Part shown: positions 61,466 to 64,000 of the stretch, one piece after another
Position numbering within the stretch: position 1 is the stretch's first letter
How the letters are laid out: each line of letters starts with the position of its first letter
Source: Chiloscyllium plagiosum
Taxonomy: Eukaryota
DNA: 64,000 nt
Assembly: GCF_004010195.1 (NCBI RefSeq)
Contig: NC_057718.1
Coordinates: 92,747,989-92,811,988, forward strand
Direction of reading: 5' to 3'
Program-made: the position numbers and the translations under genes
Notes under the pieces: generated by a model
Told to the model about the DNA's origin: nothing
The model's database searches: none
Seen by the model: only the letters and a program-made list of their open reading frames with translations

Positions 61466-62437
61466 TTTCAAATTCTTTTTGAGAATTTGATATCTACCAC
61501 TACTTATTTTCATAGTTTTCCAGTACACTTAAGCTAAATTTGTTCTCCATTCTTTTGTAATTGCTTTTTACTTACAATTTAGACGTAGTTTAAAATCTAA
61601 TTTTCCCATTCTCAATTTGAATGTTAAATTTTATCATGTTATGATCATCATTTCTGAGAGGATCTCTTATTATGACATCATAAATTACTCGTTTTTCATT
61701 ACATAACAACAGATTGAAATAGTCTATTCCCTGGTTGTTCTGAGAAGCTGTTGTAGGTATTCTTTCTGGACTAATCCTACTACTGGCTTGGCCAATTTTT
61801 TGCTATGTTCAATCAAGGCAATGATTCAAGTTTCCCACAATGATTTCAATAATTTTTTGATAAGCCTCAATTTCTTTCTTAAGTTTTTTCTCTGTTTTAC
61901 ATTGTAGCCATTTCAAATATGAATCAACTACTCCCAGCATTAACGTCATTACCTTGATTTCTTTGATCTCCACACTGTACACTTGGCAAGACTGCCCCCA
62001 CTGACTTAGAGAGCTGTGACAAGAGAAAATTACATATTAAGAATAAAGACATGAGTACAGCTTAAATAAAGAAGCAAACTTATCATGGCAAAGAACATAA
62101 TGTCAAATTGTACATCTCAATGCAATTCTAAAAAAGAAAGAAAGTATATTACACAAAATTAAAAGAAAATAAGGGTTGACAGTTATGAAAGATGTTATCG
62201 TAAACAGCAAGAAGAAAAAATCAGCCCTGTTCCCAGCAATATTCCTTACAAACTCTCACTCCAGTGAAGCATCACTTCTATCTTTTCCCTTTAATTCCTT
62301 ACTTCATTGAAGAGGTCACATGCATTTCCTTTCTGCAACTTTTAATACATTGAGCAGTGGTGATTCTCTCCACTTCTCTAAGAGGCACACACAAAATACA
62401 GATTAACTCACTGATTCTTTCCAACCTTTCTGCTTCC

Positions 62438-62745
62438 AGGTGGTATGGTGACTCAGTGATTAGCACTGGGGTTGAATTCCAGCCTTGGGTGACTGTGTGG
62501 AGTTTGCACTTTCTCCCTGTGTCTGTGTGAATTTCCTTTGGGTCCTCTGGTTTCCTCCGTCAGTCCAAAGATGTGCAGGTTAGGTGAATTGGCCATGCTA
62601 AATTGCCCATAGTGTCCAGGGCTGTGCATATTAGTTAGGTAGCGATGGAAAATACAGGGTTCCAAGGATAGGGTAGGAGATTGGGATGGTTGGTGTGGAC
62701 TTGACGCACTGAATGGCCTGCTTGCATATTGTAAGGATTGTATGA
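62438..62745 (+). mobile_element. HE1-like V-SINE
   Basis: tRNA-like head (ggtgactcagtgattagcactg, gttgaattcc), V-domain gtgtggagtttgcac..ggtttcctcc and a CR1-type tail. Confidence 0.85.
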
Positions 62746-64000
62746 TTTATTTTTGGATTGCTGAAACATTCCAAGACTTCTTTCCAGCTCTGATGGCCTG
62801 GATGCATCTTTTCAGTTCTGACAGTTTGAAGAATAATGAAAACTAAAAACTGCCTTCTGCTGGTATGAATATTTTCATGTGAGCTCAACCCACTGGGTGG
62901 TCTATAACAATCTGTTTCTGTAGGTCATACAACTCAAATTACTATATATTCAGGAATTAACACCCCAGGTAGCTGATTGCGTCACTTCAGTGACATGCTT
63001 TTTTTGGATTGGCTGTTTTGACCACACAGTTCACCATAACTTTCTGCTCTTCTTGTTTATAAGTAAAATCTGAAAAACGAAACACTAAAGTCAGTCTTTC
63101 CCTGCATTTTCATTATCAAATGCCCCAAATATAAATAATATATTTCAAACTATCAACACAAAAGCGAAGAAGCAACAGAACAAAACATTGGTAACGTTAG
63201 GTGTTGTTTGGATGGGCGGGAGGATGCAAAGACCCATTGGTCTGTTTCTCTATTGTTAAGTCTAAATAATTGAATGTCATGCAAGTCTTGCACTCATGGG
63301 CATCACTTGTGTTAGATCAGAATTTCTGTAAAACGTTGACCTTTAAATGTACTTCTACCACTCCATAATCCTGCACAAGTTGCTCATTCATGACCCGTAA
63401 CAAGGTCTTAATGAGTTCAAATTGACCTTTTTAACTTATTTTTCTAATTCTGCTTTTGCAGGGGTAGGAACCCTCAAAGCAAAAAAAAAGAGATTTCCAT
63501 TCTCTGCCACTTGTTTACACAAATTGACATTTTCACCGAGACAGAGGAATGTCGCACCGGACATATCAGCACAAAAACAGCAGAAGTGGGGAAAAGAAAA
63601 GACCCTCAAACTTGGCGATAAAAACAAAAGGCATAAATTTGTGTCACAAACACTGGCTGCAATATCGGAAGATAGGCCAGCATAACACAATCTCAGCAGT
63701 GGTAGCAGAAGACAGGACACTAAACAACACAGCTCATGAATGGAAGAAACAGAACACTATTTATACCATTTGTATGAGAGGACAGACTGATGAATAATTT
63801 TTTTGTTGTTCAGCCGTCTCTCATTTCCATAATTTATTCAGGCATGAGGACTGGGACTCATTTCCTATGCTCCATTCAGTCTCCAGAAGTGCTTCAGTTA
63901 ATGCTCCAAAAACAGTGTTATTTTAATAATTTAACATTGGCCTGCAGTTACATTACACACAAGTGACCTGAGAGTGAATCGTCCTCCAGTTCACTGTTGT

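Noticed and set aside
63422..63685. Lys-rich ORF with a possible acceptor at ~63461
   Set aside because: No recognisable homology or partner exons; may be chance. Needs RNA-seq or BLASTX.

Overview
Eukaryotic, vertebrate genomic DNA, most likely a shark or ray, judged from the HE1-type V-SINE, DeuSINE and CR1 repeat families. The only protein-coding gene I can support is a two-exon NK2 homeobox gene, NKX2-2, on the minus strand (CDS 21338-21080 + 20811-20228, 280 aa). It lies in a CpG-rich, almost repeat-free domain of about 18 kb (~14230-32190). That domain holds motif-dense putative regulatory elements, including a perfect Gli site in the Shh-responsive upstream enhancer and a candidate distal first exon. 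The flanks are dense with retroelements: many CR1 LINE fragments; a tRNA-headed LINE and SINEs that share both of its ends; DeuSINE-like and HE1-like SINEs; three solo LTRs; a ~10 kb nested Gmr1-like Gypsy element that lacks RT and carries a near full-length CR1 in its 3' LTR; and six short Penelope-type fragments with minimal hammerhead-ribozyme cores. There are three assembly gaps. I did not find a clearly new biological system. The best leads are the hammerhead-bearing mini-elements, the tRNA-headed LINE/SINE pair, the microsatellite-containing uORF of NKX2-2 and the distal exon. Repeat family names and cross-species conservation are from memory and were not checked by any search.
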